Position numbers and translations under genes: made by a program. Below are positions 23,464 to 38,298 of a stretch of 64,000 bases of DNA, one piece after another (positions within the stretch are counted from its first letter, which is position 1; the number at the start of each line of letters is the position of its first letter). The notes below the pieces were generated by a model. The model searched no databases. It saw only the letters and a program-made list of their open reading frames with translations, and was not told the origin of the DNA. The stretch is from the human T2T-CHM13v2.0 reference genome, Homo sapiens, in the NCBI RefSeq assembly GCF_009914755.1, contig NC_060942.1; one strand, written 5' to 3'.

Positions 23464-25526
23464 TGGAGAATCGCACCACGGGGACTTCTGGCTGAAAAAG
23501 AAACCTGGAAATGGTTGAGGTTCATCAATCTCATCAATCAGTAGGTTCGTAGCTCCCTATCCGATCACTTTTAAAAGCAGTTTAAGGCAGAACTTAAAGG
23601 GAGGTACCCTAGAGGACCCGGAAATTTAACCCAGGACAAGGTTTAATTGGGGAAGTAGGTATGTGTTCTCAGACACTCATTGTGCTCAGGTCTGGCCTCT
23701 TTCCCCAGCTGTAGAACAAAAGGCTGTCTGCAGGCTTCAGCCTAGAGCTGGAGGTGAGGAAGGAACCTTACTAATGGGTGCGCGTTTGGAATTGAGTTCC
23801 TTTGGAATCAGAACAAAAATGTCTTAGGATAATGGGATCTGAGGCTCATTCTTACTCTTTCCTGTTTCACTGGAATTCTAAAGATCAGAGTATACACTTT
23901 GGAATCTAGGCTTTTTGTTTTCCTGGTTTGATTGATTGATTGATTAATTAATTGAGTGCTCTGGCCTGCAGACTGAAGTAATTTGAATTAGTTGCCAACA
24001 TTAAAAAGTGAGAACCTTCAGAAGGTCTGGACAAGTTGGGCCCCGATTCCTGGGGCTGAGCAGAGAGGGCGCCCTGTACTCTCTCAAGACACAAGCTGTC
24101 CAGCTGCCTTTGCAGCTCAGGTCACCTGTTTGGGTCTGGAAGCACTTGAGTTTGCAGCCCTGGAGTGGTCAGCTGCACTGGTGGGTGTCTGTGAGTACTC
24201 TTACATTGATAGGCTAGAGCACCTCATGTACCTCAGACTATTGTCCTTGCCAATCACAACCAGTTTTCTGAAACCAAAGCAGTCATTTCTCACCTGTTTT
24301 GAGCTCCATAGCTTCTCCTCTGTATTTCCAAGTATGGATGTGATCTGAAGCCAATGAACTTGGGTAGGGCTGTACTTGGCTGGGATCAGAGAAGCTTTAA
24401 GCAGGGGTGGGGGCAGTCAACTTTAAAAGGTGTTTCAGAGGGTAGAGTTTTTGGTGGTCAGAGTCATGCAGATGACTTTGCTCTTCTGATATAGATTCTC
24501 CAGAAATTTTGCCCCTGTAGGAAAGAAAATTTTTTTTTTCCCAAAGGCATAAGAAACTTGGGAGAAGTGGAAATACATGCAATCTATTTTTAACACATTT
24601 TAATATATTGTCACTTAAAAATTTATGAATGTAAATACTTATTAATTATAAATTTTTGATAATATATATGTTGATAATGCATAGAAATGTGAAAATATAG
24701 AACAAAGTCATATGCTTTCAGTGGTAAATGAAGATATCTTTATTTTAAAAGCCAGATCTTTTTTAGAACATAACACATTCATTTTAGATACTCAGGGAAC
24801 TAGACTAGGGGACCTCCTAAAGGCCCTGAAGCTCAGAGGCCGTATGGAAATGCGTCTCCTTATTTTCCATCTAGTCAAATGGTGAAACAATTCTATAAAA
24901 CTCCGTCTGTTGATCGGTTATGCTGTCTCTATCTGTGCTCTAACTAACATTGTACTAAGAAACGCATTTTTCTCTCTCCTGACTTAGATTTAAATCTTGC
25001 AATCACCACTGGGAAGTGAGCTGTATCATCTTGAGAAATCAGACCACAGAGACGAGCCTGCAGCTGGCAGGCTGGGTCATCCTTAATCGCTTAACCCTTC
25101 ATATCAAAGGATAGGTTGTAGCAGCAGATTCCTTCTTTAGAATATGCTATGGCAGGATTTGTCAAGGAAAAGCTGGAAGTTAAAATGAAACAGTGTGTAT
25201 AGCAAAAACCTTGCCTTGTAAATTGACTTTTGTGCCTATACATGCGACTGGTTTTATGTAACTCTGTCCTTGTGGGTATGTGTTTGTGTGAGTACAAGTG
25301 TGACTGATGTGTGTGTACATGTGCTTTTGTGTGAGGATATGTAGTAAGTATGTGCATATATGGATGTGAGTGTGTGAATGTTTGTGGGTACATGTCGTAT
25401 GTCTTAGGAAAATTCTTCCCTGTATCATAAAATAAGATCCAGGTTATTCAAGCCTAGCATAGATTGTTTGAAAAAAAAAGAAAGGCTGCAATAATCCCCT
25501 TCCTTGTATTTATACTCTTGTATTAG

Positions 25527-25874
<348 letters not shown>

Positions 25875-25899
25875 TAGTGACACATTACCAAGTGGGAGG

Positions 25900-26295
25900 T
25901 GATGACTTGAGGTAACATGAGACATCTGAAAAAGAATTGCATATTGAAGTCATCCTCCTCTGCTGTTCTTGGGAACCCTCAACCACTACAATGTTGATGA
26001 TCCTGGGCTAGCCTGCTGGGAGTATATGGCCCATTCACACCTGTTGCTCCAGCTAACTGCCATGACAAACTGCCAGACATGTGAATGAGGTCATTCTAGA
26101 CCTAGCAGCCTCCATCTCACCTGTGAGTTCTATGCAACCACAGGCGTGAGCCCCAGGGAGCCCAGCAGAAGAACCACTCTGCTGAGCTTAGCCCAGCTTG
26201 CTAACCTGTATAATCATGAGTTAATAATAATTAATTGTTGTTCCAAATCACTAAATTTTGGAGTGGTTTGTCACACAAACAGAGCTAATTAACTC
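25900..26295 (+). mobile_element. MaLR LTR (old MLT1 type)
   Basis: gccagacatgtgaatgagg...cagcagaagaaccactctgctgagc...cactaaattttggagtggtttgt. Confidence 0.7.
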
Positions 26296-28184
26296 CTCTA
26301 GGTGGTATAGGAGGAAAAATCTCTCCATTGGAGAAAGTGGTGTGTGGTGGGCATAAATTGTAAGAAGACATGTAATTCCATGTTTAAACATGCTTTATAA
26401 TCCTGGACTCACCTTATAAGTTTAAAGACATAAAAATTAGTATTTATTGGAGGACCTATCATTAATTTTCACACAGAAATGCTAATTAGCAAGGTAAGTA
26501 AGAACCCAGGACGAAAGTGCTGGCATGCTCCAACAATACTGAGGACCTGGGAGAAAAGTCATAAAGCAGCAAACCCAGGGAGGATGTTATATTACATAAT
26601 CTGCTGTAGAAGCTATGGCTTGGCCTCTGAAAGTGATAGTATTCATCTCATCTCAGCTCCTAGCCTGTCTCCATGGGGAGGGCAACTCTTCAGCCTCTCT
26701 TGCCTAGGAGCTCACCTCAGGCATCTTGACTCCTTGAAGAACAGCTCCTATAAAATGAGACTCTGAGAGAAATAAGATTCTCTTCCCTGCCTGAGGCCTG
26801 CCTTTCGGGAAACTGCCACCTCTTTGGATAATTGACTCTAGGGATGATTGTCCCTCTCAAGGGAGACTGCAAGTACTTCCAGGGCCAAGACCTTTACCCT
26901 ACAGACCACAACAGGATATTAGGATGTAATGATTAGCCTATTCTAGATTGCCCCACTTATTAGTATACAGAAGCAGAGGGTGTGTGAAGAAATTCTCTCT
27001 GTCTGTGTATGTGTAAATGCAAGAATATTGGCTCAGAAGTGAGGGTATATGACTTTTGCAGCTCCAGCTCCTGTCCTACTTTACAAGAAATTCCTACTTG
27101 GTGTGATTGAGGGGGTTTAGGACAGAATTAATCTGCTGTTAATATGTACTTTGGATCTGAAAGACATTTTATTTCTGAGTCTTTCTTAAAACACGGGAAT
27201 ACTAGTGAACACCTTTGTTAACAGTTAACATCTAAATAGGAAATAACAGAGTTAAGGCAAAGGGTAAATGCTTTAGAACTGTTAGGGGATTCTAATGAAT
27301 GTGTGGGTACCAAGTACTTATTATATTTCATACTTTTGAGTTTATCCAGGTCTGGACTTGCCCAGTCTTCTTAGAAATAAATGCATCTCACACACTGCTC
27401 AAAAGAATGTGCTACATCAATTAGGTCAAAGGCTTAATATGACTTAGGTCATATTTTGGGTAGACTTAAGGACATTATGTGTGAGAGAGGAAAAAGATAG
27501 GAGTGAATGGGATTAATATTATTAATACAAAAGAAACAAGCTTTTATTAAGTACTAGCTATTGTCAAGCCCTCTGTGAAGCTGCCACCCACAGATGTGTA
27601 TTATTACTCCTCCAATTTTCCAGATAAGGAAACTGAGATTCTTAATTGCAAAATTCAGGTGTGTTGCCCATGGCTGCTGGTAAGCATCAGAACTAAAACG
27701 TGAGCACAGCAGGCCTGGGTGATGTGAAAGCACAGCTTTTATTTTTATTTAAATTTATTATGCAACATTTCAACCACACAGAAAACTTCAGAGAACAACA
27801 TCTAGCATCCATGTACCCATCTTCCAATTTACTAGATCTTAATATTCTGCTACACCTGCTTTATATTCCATGGTCTCCCCCTTTTTTTTAAGTTGGGATA
27901 TCTGTCTTCTAAAAATGTATGTATAGAATTTCTTGGGTGGAGTCTGAATATAAATTCTGTAGATTGCACTGTCTTCACTTTACTTATGGTGGTATTTGAC
28001 AAGCAGAAATTTTCATTTATTTAAATTTAACAATTTACAAACAAATGTTTGTTGTGGAGCTTTTTAGGAATTTTTTTGTAGTGAGCTATTTGAGTGTTTT
28101 TTAGTTTTTAATTCATTATTGCATTTAGTCATTTGAATCATTCTCTAATTTGACAAATATTTATTACATGCAAGTTGTTTTAAA

Positions 28185-29177
28185 ATTTTAAAAAATATAC
28201 ATTTATGGTATACAACATGATGTTTTGAAATACGTATACATTGCGGAATGGCTAAATCAAGCTAATCAACATGTGCATTACCTCACTTAGTTATCTTTTT
28301 GTGTGTGTGGTTATAACACTTAAAATCTACTTAAGGCAATTTTCAAGTATACAATACATTGTTGTTAACTATAATCACCATATTGTACAATCAATCTGTT
28401 GAATTTATTCCTCCTGTTTAATTAAAATTTTGTTTCCTTTGACTAACATTTCCCCAGTCCCCTCACTGCCATACCTCACCCTGGTAACCACCCTGCTATC
28501 TACTTTTATGAGTTCAACTATTTTAGATTCCACATATGAGTGAGAGCATACAGTATTTGTCTTTCTGTAGCTGGCTTAGTTCATTTGGCATAATGTCTTC
28601 CAGAGTCATCCATGTTGTCAAAAATGACAGGATTTCCTTCTGTGTAAAGGCTGAATGGTATTCTATCATATATACATACAGTCTCCAACTTAAAACAGTT
28701 TGACTTACAATTTTGGACTTTTTGATAGGTTTATTGGGAGGCATCCTCTTTGTATGTCAAGGAGCTCCTTACAACTTGTGATGGAGTTACAGTTTCTACT
28801 GAATGAATATCACTTTCACACTATCATAAAGTTGAAAAATCTTAAGTTGAATGATTTTTAGTTAGGGACCATATGCTGTGTTGCCAGTATTAAATGCATT
28901 TTTGATTTATGATTGGTTCATCAGGACCTAACCCCATCAGAAGTTGAGAAGCATCAGTATATACCACATTTTCTTTATGCATTCATTGATGGACACTAGG
29001 TTGATCCATATCTTGGCTATTGTGAATAATCCTGCTGTGAACATGGGAATCCAGATACCTCTTTGTCATACTAACTTCATTTCCTTTGTCTATATACCTG
29101 ATAGCGGGCTTGCTAGATCATATTTATAATTTTTTGGGGAAACCGCATACTGTTTTTCCTAATGTCTATACTAATTT
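28185..29177 (-). mobile_element. L1MA-type LINE-1 3' fragment (interrupted by MER47)
   Basis: ttttagattccacatatgagtgag...catccatgttgtc...ccatatcttggctattgtgaataat. Confidence 0.85.
28679..28957. mobile_element. MER47/Tigger5-type DNA transposon inserted into the L1
   Basis: TA-flanked; the end aaccccatcagaagttgagaagcatcag resembles the reverse complement of the CAGATGCTCCTCAACTT terminal repeat; L1 sequence resumes after it. Confidence 0.65.
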
Positions 29178-29179
29178 GT

Positions 29180-30560
29180 CCTATTTTTGAAATATTTTCC
29201 TTTGTTATAATCAAGATATTCTCTTTTTATTTCAATTTCTAGAGAGTTTGCTCCCAGTTAGCTTTCACGTATGTCTGGATTTTACTGTTTGTGTATGGAA
29301 AAAGGTAGAGATCTATTTTCATTTTTCCCAAATGGAAAATGACTTATCCCAGCACACTTCACTCGTTAGTCCAATCTCCACCCTTGTTTAGAATCCATTC
29401 TTGTGCCATGTGAAATCTGCTCTTCCTGAGCTCTGTGTTCTGTCCCGTTGTTCTGTTGTTGATTGTCATGCCAGCACCATGCTGTCTCTTTAGTATAAAA
29501 TTTGATACAGGCAGGTCACATCTCTTCACGTTGTTCTTCAATTTTGTCCTTAGGTAATTTTGGCCTCTTACTCTTCTTTCACACGCATTTTTAGGATCAT
29601 CTTGTGTAACTCCATAAAAAACCCTGTCAAAATTTGGATTGTAATTGCAATGCATTTGTATATTAATTTGGGAGTGGAATTACACTTTTATATAGTCGAG
29701 TCTTCCCAACCATGAAAATGGTATATCTTTTTATATATTTATTTTATGATTCTCGGTAACACTGAAAATTTTCTCTGTAAAGTTTTTAATCTAGATTTTT
29801 AAAGTTGTATTCTTAGAAACCTCATAGTTTTTCTTGCTATTGTAAATAGAATCCTTTTTTAATATTATTTCTTCAAATTGGCACATAGGCACATTATTAG
29901 TTTTTAAAAGATTATCTTTTGTACATAAGGCTTGCTTAACTTTTTAATTTATTCTAATAGTTGATAGATGCTTTTAGATTTTCTACATATACAAATATAT
30001 TACTGCAGATAAGGCTATTTCGAGTCTTCATTTCCAATTCTTTTAATCTTGATAATATTACTTGGCTAGAACATCTAGTACAGGTGCTTTTTGTGTACCT
30101 ATTGAAAAAGTCATGTAGTATTTCTCTCTTATTTTTATATTTGAGCATCTTTCTTTATATTTGTTGGATAAAACTACCTGGTCACACTTCAAAAAATATA
30201 TTCCTGAAGTTTATTTGCTTGTATTTTATTTAGGATTTTTATATCTGTATTCACAAGAATGGTTTATAATTTTATTACTTGTACTGTCTTTGTCATATTT
30301 TGGTATCAATAAAACGAGATGGGTAACTTTCCATTATTTTCTTTTCTCTCAAATATTTTATAAAGTAGGAATTATCAATTTCTTATAGATTCACTAAGTT
30401 ATCTTTAAAACTGCCAGCATCTGGTGCTTTTTGGGGAGAAGATTTTGATAACCGATTCCATTTCTTCAGCAGTTACCAGCTTATGCAGGCTTTCTATTTT
30501 TCTGAGTCAACTTTGGTAATTCATAGTTTTCTAGAAAACTTTACATTTTATATAAATTTT
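29180..30560 (-). mobile_element. Old L1M ORF2 fragment
   Basis: T-rich antisense L1 phrases (tatcccagcac, gccagcaccatgctgtct, ttcttgctattgtaaatagaat). Confidence 0.7.
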
Positions 30561-31319
30561 ATGGTTGCCTCTAGCTGGATGTGTGTTTCGGGGCTCTTGT
30601 TTTGGGGTGATATTGGGGTATCTCATATCTGGTCAGAGAACATGTGATTGCCTGGTTTCACTTCCTAGCCTTTTTTCCCCTCTCTCCAATTTCACTATCC
30701 AAAGTCTTCACAGGGCTGTTGCCCCTTGCAGCAGGCCTCCCTTTCCCAAACGGGAGCCGCACTCCAACCCTGGCTTCACTCAGTGATCCTACGTGGTCTT
30801 CTGCTAACTTGGGGTTCCCAAGGTCTCTGTTGATGTACAGAAGCCAAACTCCAGGACTACAACTCATGCTTCCAGCTCTGGAGCCCAAGAGACCCATGAA
30901 TCCACTTAATCCCTTGGTATTCTGTTCTTTTTCTGGTCCACAGCAATCGCTACCTTGTTTTTGAGCTTAGATATGGTTTTTTGTTTGTTTGTTTGTTTGT
31001 TTGTTTTCTCCTTAAAAATTTTAAGTGCTTGTAGCAGTTATTAGAGCTGCTAACAACTCTTGGGTTGTTAGACCCAACTACTAACAATTGCTAACAATTC
31101 TTGGGTTGTTAGAGAAAGAATTAATTGAGTCATCATGCTTGGAAATTCCCCAGCACCCTGCTTTTAACCACTAGACTACACTACCTCTTTAATTAATCAT
31201 GCCTTGAGGCGCTATCTAATCATCTAGCCAGAGGACTGATGGCCTGTTCTCTTCTCCCTGGGTTGAAGACAATGTAGTCTCTTTTGCTGAGATTCCCCTC
31301 CTTCCTACCTACAACATGA

Positions 31320-31678
<359 letters not shown>

Positions 31679-31847
31679 TGTGAGGGTCTTTAGTGCCCCC
31701 TCCTTGTCCCTTGACTGCCCACTTTAGAGACGAGGAAATGGAGGTTCAGGGAGATAAAATTATTGGACCAAATTTTCTCGAGCTAATGGTGGACATAGGT
31801 TCAGAACACCTAGGTGTGATTTCAAATCTAATCCTTTTCCCAGAAGA

Positions 31848-32013
31848 TAGTGGTTCTCAGCTTTGGTAACACCTGGAGATGTTGAAACTTACTGATACTC
31901 AGGCCTGAATCAGATGAATGAATTTAGAATTTCAGACGGTGGAGTCCAGATGTCTATATTTTTTCAAAGCTCAGGTGTTTTCTGAGGCCTGATAGGAATT
32001 GAGGACCACCACA
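31848..32013. mobile_element. MER5A-like hAT-Charlie element
   Basis: Ends agtggttctca ... ttgaggaccac with internal acacctggaga...ttagaattt. Confidence 0.65.
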
Positions 32014-32213
32014 CTGGATGATGTCCCCTGTCTTGTTCAAGCCTCCCTTTACCCTCTGTGGCTTTTTTTTCCAAGGGGAGACTTACCCCGCAAGTAAATT
32101 CCCTGAGTTGGGTCTTTATCGCTTTCTCTGTTCTTGTCCTATTCCTCTAGTCTCCACTCCTCATCTTTTGCATGATTAGCATTTTCAGCACAGAATATGT
32201 TTTATTGCTTCTT

Positions 32214-32355
32214 TTAAAAATTTTCTATTAATTTTTTTTTGTAGAAATGGGGTCTTGCTATGTTGCCCAGGCTGGTCTTGAACTCCTGGGCTCAAGTGAT
32301 CCTTCCACCTCCGCCTCAAAGTGGTGGGATTACAGATGTGACTCACTGCACCCTG
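32214..32355 (-). mobile_element. FLAM-type Alu monomer
   Basis: gggtcttgctatgttgcccaggctggtcttgaactcctgggctcaagtgatcc; flanked by TSD TGTTTTATTGCTTCTT. Confidence 0.85.
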
Positions 32356-32719
32356 TTTTATTGCTTCTTGATCATTTTAGGAAGAATAGATTACTTTTAA
32401 ATTCCGATTTAAAAACAACTAACATTTTTCTCAGTGAGTACGTGGATGAAATATATGTACATACACACATACACACATGCATATACACTAAAGGTGCCTG
32501 AACACCAGATAATCACCTAGGATTTTCAGTGCTTAGAAATGAGTTACTCTTTGGTCCCTCACTGTCTGTGTCATACTCCCCTCACTGTCTGTGTATATCC
32601 CCCTTTTACCTTGTGTGTGTACTTATGATGTCATAAGCACTCAAGAGCTCACATCTGCCACAGGAAACTAGACAGTGGCACAATTTGCATACTCCTCCAT
32701 CAGCTTTTCTAGCCCATCT

Positions 32720-33500
32720 CTGGCTTCCCTGATGACAGCTAGTCACTTTCCTGAATCTTGCACTCATCTTCTGCTTTATAACAGTTTTACTATATATGTT
32801 CATTCCTAAGATTATATTGCTTGGTTGGTTATTTTTAATTTTTTAGAAAAAGAAATCATGTTGCCTATAGTCTCCTGGAGCCAACTATTTTCAACAATAA
32901 TGTATTGCCAAAAGTCAGCCATATTGTTGTGTGTAGCTGCAGTTCGTTAGTGTTGAGTACCTCACAATCTTTTCATTGTGGAGTACACCAGAATTTACTT
33001 ATTCATTTGGGATATCTCCAGATTTTTGCTCCCAAGAATAGTGCTGCTATGAATACTTTTGTACATCCTTCCTGGTGCACACATGTAGGAGTTTTTCTGA
33101 GTATATACCCAGAACTAGAATCTGGGGATTGTAGAGTTTAGGACTATTTATAAGATAATGCCAAATTCTTTTCCAATGAGGTTTCACCAGTTTCCTCTTT
33201 CCCTGGAGATCCTCTGTCTCCATATCATCTCTGATATTTTATGATGTATTCTTTCTTAATTTTGTCAATCAAGTTGTTATCAAAGACATCATTGTGCATT
33301 TCTCTGTTATTTCCTCAAATGTTTATTGGCCATATGTGTTTTCTCTTCTGTGAGATTGTTGTTCATGTCTTCTACTCCTTTTTTTCTATCATTTTGTTTG
33401 CTCCTTTTTTATGGACTTATAGTAGTTCTTTGTATATTTTCAAGAGTCATCTGTTTTTGGTGGTATGTGCTGCAAATATATTTTTCCAATTTTTAAGTTA
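32720..33500 (-). mobile_element. Old L1M (ME/MC-type) 3' fragment
   Basis: aatagtgctgctatgaatac...tgtttattggccatatgtgttttctcttctgtga...gctgcaaatatattt. Confidence 0.7.
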
Positions 33501-36500
33501 TCCTTTCCTATATTGAGTGGTCTAAGATCACATTTGACACTTCTTACCCCTCTTTTGGCACCCCTTCCATTTAACACCATCAACTGTTCCCAAAACAAAA
33601 CTGACTCTTGATAGTCTTGTGTTAAATTCCTTAATGAATCTGCATTTTGGTTTCCATGATTTCAAGTAGTTATCTATTAGGGTCCCAGAGGTAGATAAAT
33701 ATCCCCACAGTATTTATTTGCACTTTGATCGGGAGGTTCTGAGGCCTTGGACTGTGACTTGTCAGTAGAAGAATATTTCTGGGCAGAGGAGCCGCCATCC
33801 CTCCACTCATACTTGTCTACACTCACCACTCCATGGGCCATGAAACATGTTCAGGATTCACATCCTAGAGAACTCTTCTAAAATACAGTTCCCCAGGAAG
33901 CTTTCATTTTTCTCCAAGTAGTAAAACTCCCACTTCCTGATAGTTACAAAGATAGGTTTTGTTGTCATAATGCTTTCTCTGTGTGCTGCTTTGCAATCAG
34001 AGTTTTCACCACTTAATGGATCCATCATTGAGCAGCACATTATAGCAAACACATATCAGTTTGCCGCTATTATTGTCATAATCAAAAGGCGGGACTACAG
34101 TGAAATATTTGCTTCGTGCATGCATATCTGTTATCCGAAGGGCCCTTTAACCTAAATGGTGTGCTTTCTGTAATGTCTTTGGTTAATGAATGGGTCTGTG
34201 AGGGCCTCAGAGCAGTGCAATGTGGGAAGAATGCTATAATTTCTTTTTAACATGCAGGAATTCTGAATACGAGAAAATGCATGCCAAATTTTATTGCTTC
34301 TAAATCTGAATAATTGTATTTCTGGGCTGTGCATCTGGGTAGATAATAAAGCCACAAAACAATTTAATGAAACATATAAAAAATAAAATGACATTACTAA
34401 ATATTATAATATGAAGAAACTATTTTTTGCATATTGTCACCTAATCTTTCAACCATATAGCAACAAATAATGCAACCATAATTGAAAGTTTTATTATCCA
34501 TCTGAGTAAATTGAGCTCAAATTTACCTTGTTCTCGTTAGTTGGTGGGCAAGCCTATTGGGGTTACTGGCAGGATTTCATTTTCGTGGTGGATTATTTTT
34601 TTCTCCTTTCCTATGGAATCTAAAGTGGTCAATAAATAGCCCTGCTGCTTAATCGATTCTGAACCCAGCTCTTCAGAAAGCCACTCCTCGGCCTGTGACC
34701 CATGCTGGCAGCCAGCCCTGTGTCTGCTGTTTCAGTTTCAGAAACTAGCTCTGCACACATGAGCCTTCCTGGTCCTAAAGCCCTGTGATCGCACCAAGGA
34801 TCTCAGTATCTTTGCTCTTTGGCACGTGTCTCGTGTTTCCCTCTTCCACTCCTGCAGCTCCAGATGGGGAATACTTTATTTGCTGTAAGAGGAATTCGAC
34901 TAGATTTCTGGAGTGGAAGTTGGGAATATGTTGAAGCATGTTGCCCTGCGCTGAAAAGATTTCTCATTGGTAAAAAGTCCACAAACTGCTTCTGTGGCCT
35001 GGGGCCAGGTGGAGGCTGCACCACAGGGAGAAGTCCACTGGTATGCTGATCTCAAGACCCACGTGCTAGACCTCCCTGCTGCAACCAAGGCCCACCTGTT
35101 ACCAGCAGAGGCCCTGAGGCTGAGGGATGCCAGGCCTCGTGAGAAGATGGCACGTCTATCTGAGGTATCTGAAGGGTTGTAGGAAAAGCCCGACTGACTT
35201 CGATAGCAATGTTCAGTTATGCTTATTTTTAAAGTGTGCAGCCTTTCCTTGGAGCCCTGGCTGGGGCGGGGAGTCAGGTGTTAGGTGTTTCCCTAAGTCC
35301 ACTGCGGTGTGCCTCTTGAGTTTACCCAAGCTGTGAGCTGCCCAGATGATGTGTGAGAGAGGGTGCCTCTTCATCAGGAAGACCCCAGCGCCTCACAGAA
35401 ACCCCAGCTCCAGCCATCACAGCCTGTCCATCTCACTGCGGAGAAGTTTTCATCCCACAGGCCTGCATAGGGAGAATGAGTCGGCAGGAGGGCCTATCAT
35501 CAGGAAGAGACCCTCCGCAACCACTCTGGAACCCAGGCTCTCTCCTGATGGAGCCCTTTGTTTGTTTGTTTGTTTGTTTGTTTTCCAAGGACTTTGTTCT
35601 CCTCTTCTGCCATTTGGCCTAGGTATGGCCTGCTCTAGTCCATCTAGTGTGTTCTAGTGTGTTTCAGTAACTTCAGGCTTCAAACAGGAGTTGGGGTTTT
35701 CCATCTCTTTCCTCCCAAGGCCCTGATGTGCTGATACAAATGTACTCAGACCCTCATCCTCACCCTCCAGCTCCAAATACAAAAGAGAGGGGAATTGCGG
35801 TGGCAGGGCGGGGGTGGTAAGGAGACCCAGCTCTAACGGGCTCACTGCTGAAGAAGGCCACCATTCAGGCAAAAGATTCCTTCACACACTTCCCCCCACC
35901 CACCCAGAGCAAAGCACTGAGACTTCCGTCATGCACAAGTCCTTCAGCTTATTGGAGTCCTTCAACTTAAGTCCTTTCTTAACAGATATCCCATCAGGAT
36001 TAAGAAAACCTCACCACCAGCAAACCCCATACCCCATCAACAGTGATGTCAGCATGAGGATTAATACTTTGGGGGAGAAATTTTTTTTCAAATAAGACTT
36101 CTAGGAAATGTGCTGCTTGCCATGTGCCAAGGTTTTGGGCTCATTCCCAGATCCTATGGAGAAAGGTGAGAATATTGGGGCAGTAATGAGGAAGCCCCTT
36201 TACTTTCTCTTACTCTTTAGGTAATTCAAAATAAAACTTTCAAAACATCAGGTTAGACCAATCCCTAATTTGCCTAGTAGTTCTTTGGGGAGAACACATG
36301 CTCCTCCCTCTCCAAGTGGAGGGATGTCTGTATCCCTGGTTTCTCCCCAGTCTCTCTTTCCCAGGTTAGGGGATGGAGATGAGGCTCTGGGGGGCGGGGA
36401 CAGAAGATGCTGAGCTTAGCCTCTTGCTCTCCCTCTGATCAGAATCTGTCTGCAGGATTCTGACCCCTGTCTGGACTCCACCATGGCATACAGAGCAGGA

Positions 36501-36797
36501 GAAGGGAAGCTTCAGGGCCTTGAATTTAGGGGGAAGGACTGGCTAGTCCACTTGGCCACAGGGCTGAAGCTCTGCTTTCCAATCAGTTCTTAGCTGCCTT
36601 GGAGCTGATATTTTGTTCTTTTATTGGATTCTCATGTCTATCTCTCAACTGTCTTTGAGAGGACTAGAGGGGAAGGTCTGTTGCTGACATGCCTAACATC
36701 ATACTAGAGAAGAAAATGATCCAAAATTGAAATTTGGGAGCAAAGCTGAACAGCAGGATAATTCTTTTAGAAAGTTTTTCTTCTCAATTGCATTATT

Positions 36798-38298
36798 CTT
36801 TTTAAATTGTGGTAAAATACACATAAAATTTACCATCTTAATCATTTTTAAGTATACAGTTTGATAGTATTAAGTACATTTCCATTGCTATGCAACCCAT
36901 CTTCAGAACTCTTTTAATCTCGCAAGAATGAAATTCTTTTTTTCTTTTCTTTTTTTTTTTATTATACTTTAAGTTCTGGGGTACATGTGCACAACGTGCG
37001 GGTTTGTTACATATGTATACATGGGCCATATTGGTGTGCTGCACTCATTAACTCATCATTTACATTAGGTATTTCTCCTAATGATATCCCTCCCCCCTCC
37101 CCCCACCCCACGACAGGCCATGATGTTCCCCACCCTGTGTCCCAGTGTTCTCATTGTTCAATTCCCACCTATGAGTGAGAACATGCGGTGTTTGGTTTTC
37201 TGTCCTTGTGATAGTTTGCTCAGAATGATGGTTTCCAGCTTCATCCATGTCCCTACAAAGGACATGAACTCATCCTTTTTTATGGCTGCATAGTATTCCA
37301 TGGTGTATATGTGCCATATTTTCTTTATCCAGTCTATCACTGATGGACATTTCGGTTGGTTCCAAGTCTTTGCTATTGTGAATAGTGCTGCAATAAACAT
37401 ACATGTGCATGTGTCTTTATAGCAGCAGCAATAATGAAATTCTATACCCATTAAACTACAACTGTCTATTCCCTCCACACTTAAGCTCTAGCAACCCCAT
37501 TCTACCTTGTGTCTCTATATATTTGACTACTCTAGGTCCCTCATATAAGTGGAATCATATAATATCTGTGTTTTTATGACTGGCTTATTTCACTTGGCAT
37601 AATGTCCTTAAGGTTCAGCCATGTTACAACATGTGTCACACTTCTGTTCTTAAACATTTCAGAATTTTTAAGGCTGAATAATATTTCATTTTAAATCCAC
37701 CTGTTTATTCATTTATGCATCAGTAGATACTTGTGTTGCTTCCATCTTTTTGCTATTATAGTGCTGCTGTGAACATGAATACCCCTGCTATGAACATCAG
37801 TTCATAATGGATAATGCTACTATGAACATGAGTGTATGAATATTTCTTTGAGACCCTGTTTTAAATCTTATGGGTATGTACCCCTAAGTGAAATTGCTGG
37901 ATCATATGGATAATATCCTATTTTAATTTTTTGAGGAACTACAAAATTCCTTTCCATAGCAGCTGCACGATTTTGCATTCCCAGCAACAGTGCATAAGGG
38001 CTCCAATTTCTCCGCATCCTTGCTAATGCTTGTTATTTTCTGTTGTTTTTGAATATGATTATCCTAATAGGTATGAGGTAATATCTCATTTGTGGTTTTG
38101 ATTTGCATTTCCTTAATGTTTAGTAATGTGAGCATCTTTTCATGTGCTTGTTGACTATATATCATCTTTGAAAAAAATGTCTATTCAAGTCCTTTGTCCA
38201 TTCTAATCAAGTATTTGTTTGTTTGTTGTGTTTTTTAGTTGTAGGAATTCTTTATATATTCTGGTTATTAACTTCTTATCAGATATATAATTTGCAAG
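36798..38298 (-). mobile_element. L1MB-type 3' fragment, split by an L1PA insertion
   Basis: attgtggtaaaatacacataaaatttaccatctta...cctcatataagtggaatcat...ttttgatttgcatttcc. Confidence 0.85.
36938..37427 (-). mobile_element. L1PA 5'-truncated 3' end
   Basis: ttattatactttaagttctggggtacatgtgcacaacgtgc...cccacctatgagtgagaacatgcggtgtttgg; TSD gcaa(g/t)aatgaaattct. Confidence 0.93.

Noticed and set aside
31048-31113. CRISPR-like repeat-spacer-repeat reading of the duplicated hairpins (also 56863-56950)
   Set aside because: Only two units, spacer derived from the repeat itself, eukaryotic context, no cas genes.
37081-37478. ORFs resembling the L1 ORF2 C-terminus
   Set aside because: Part of a 5'-truncated L1PA fragment, not a gene.
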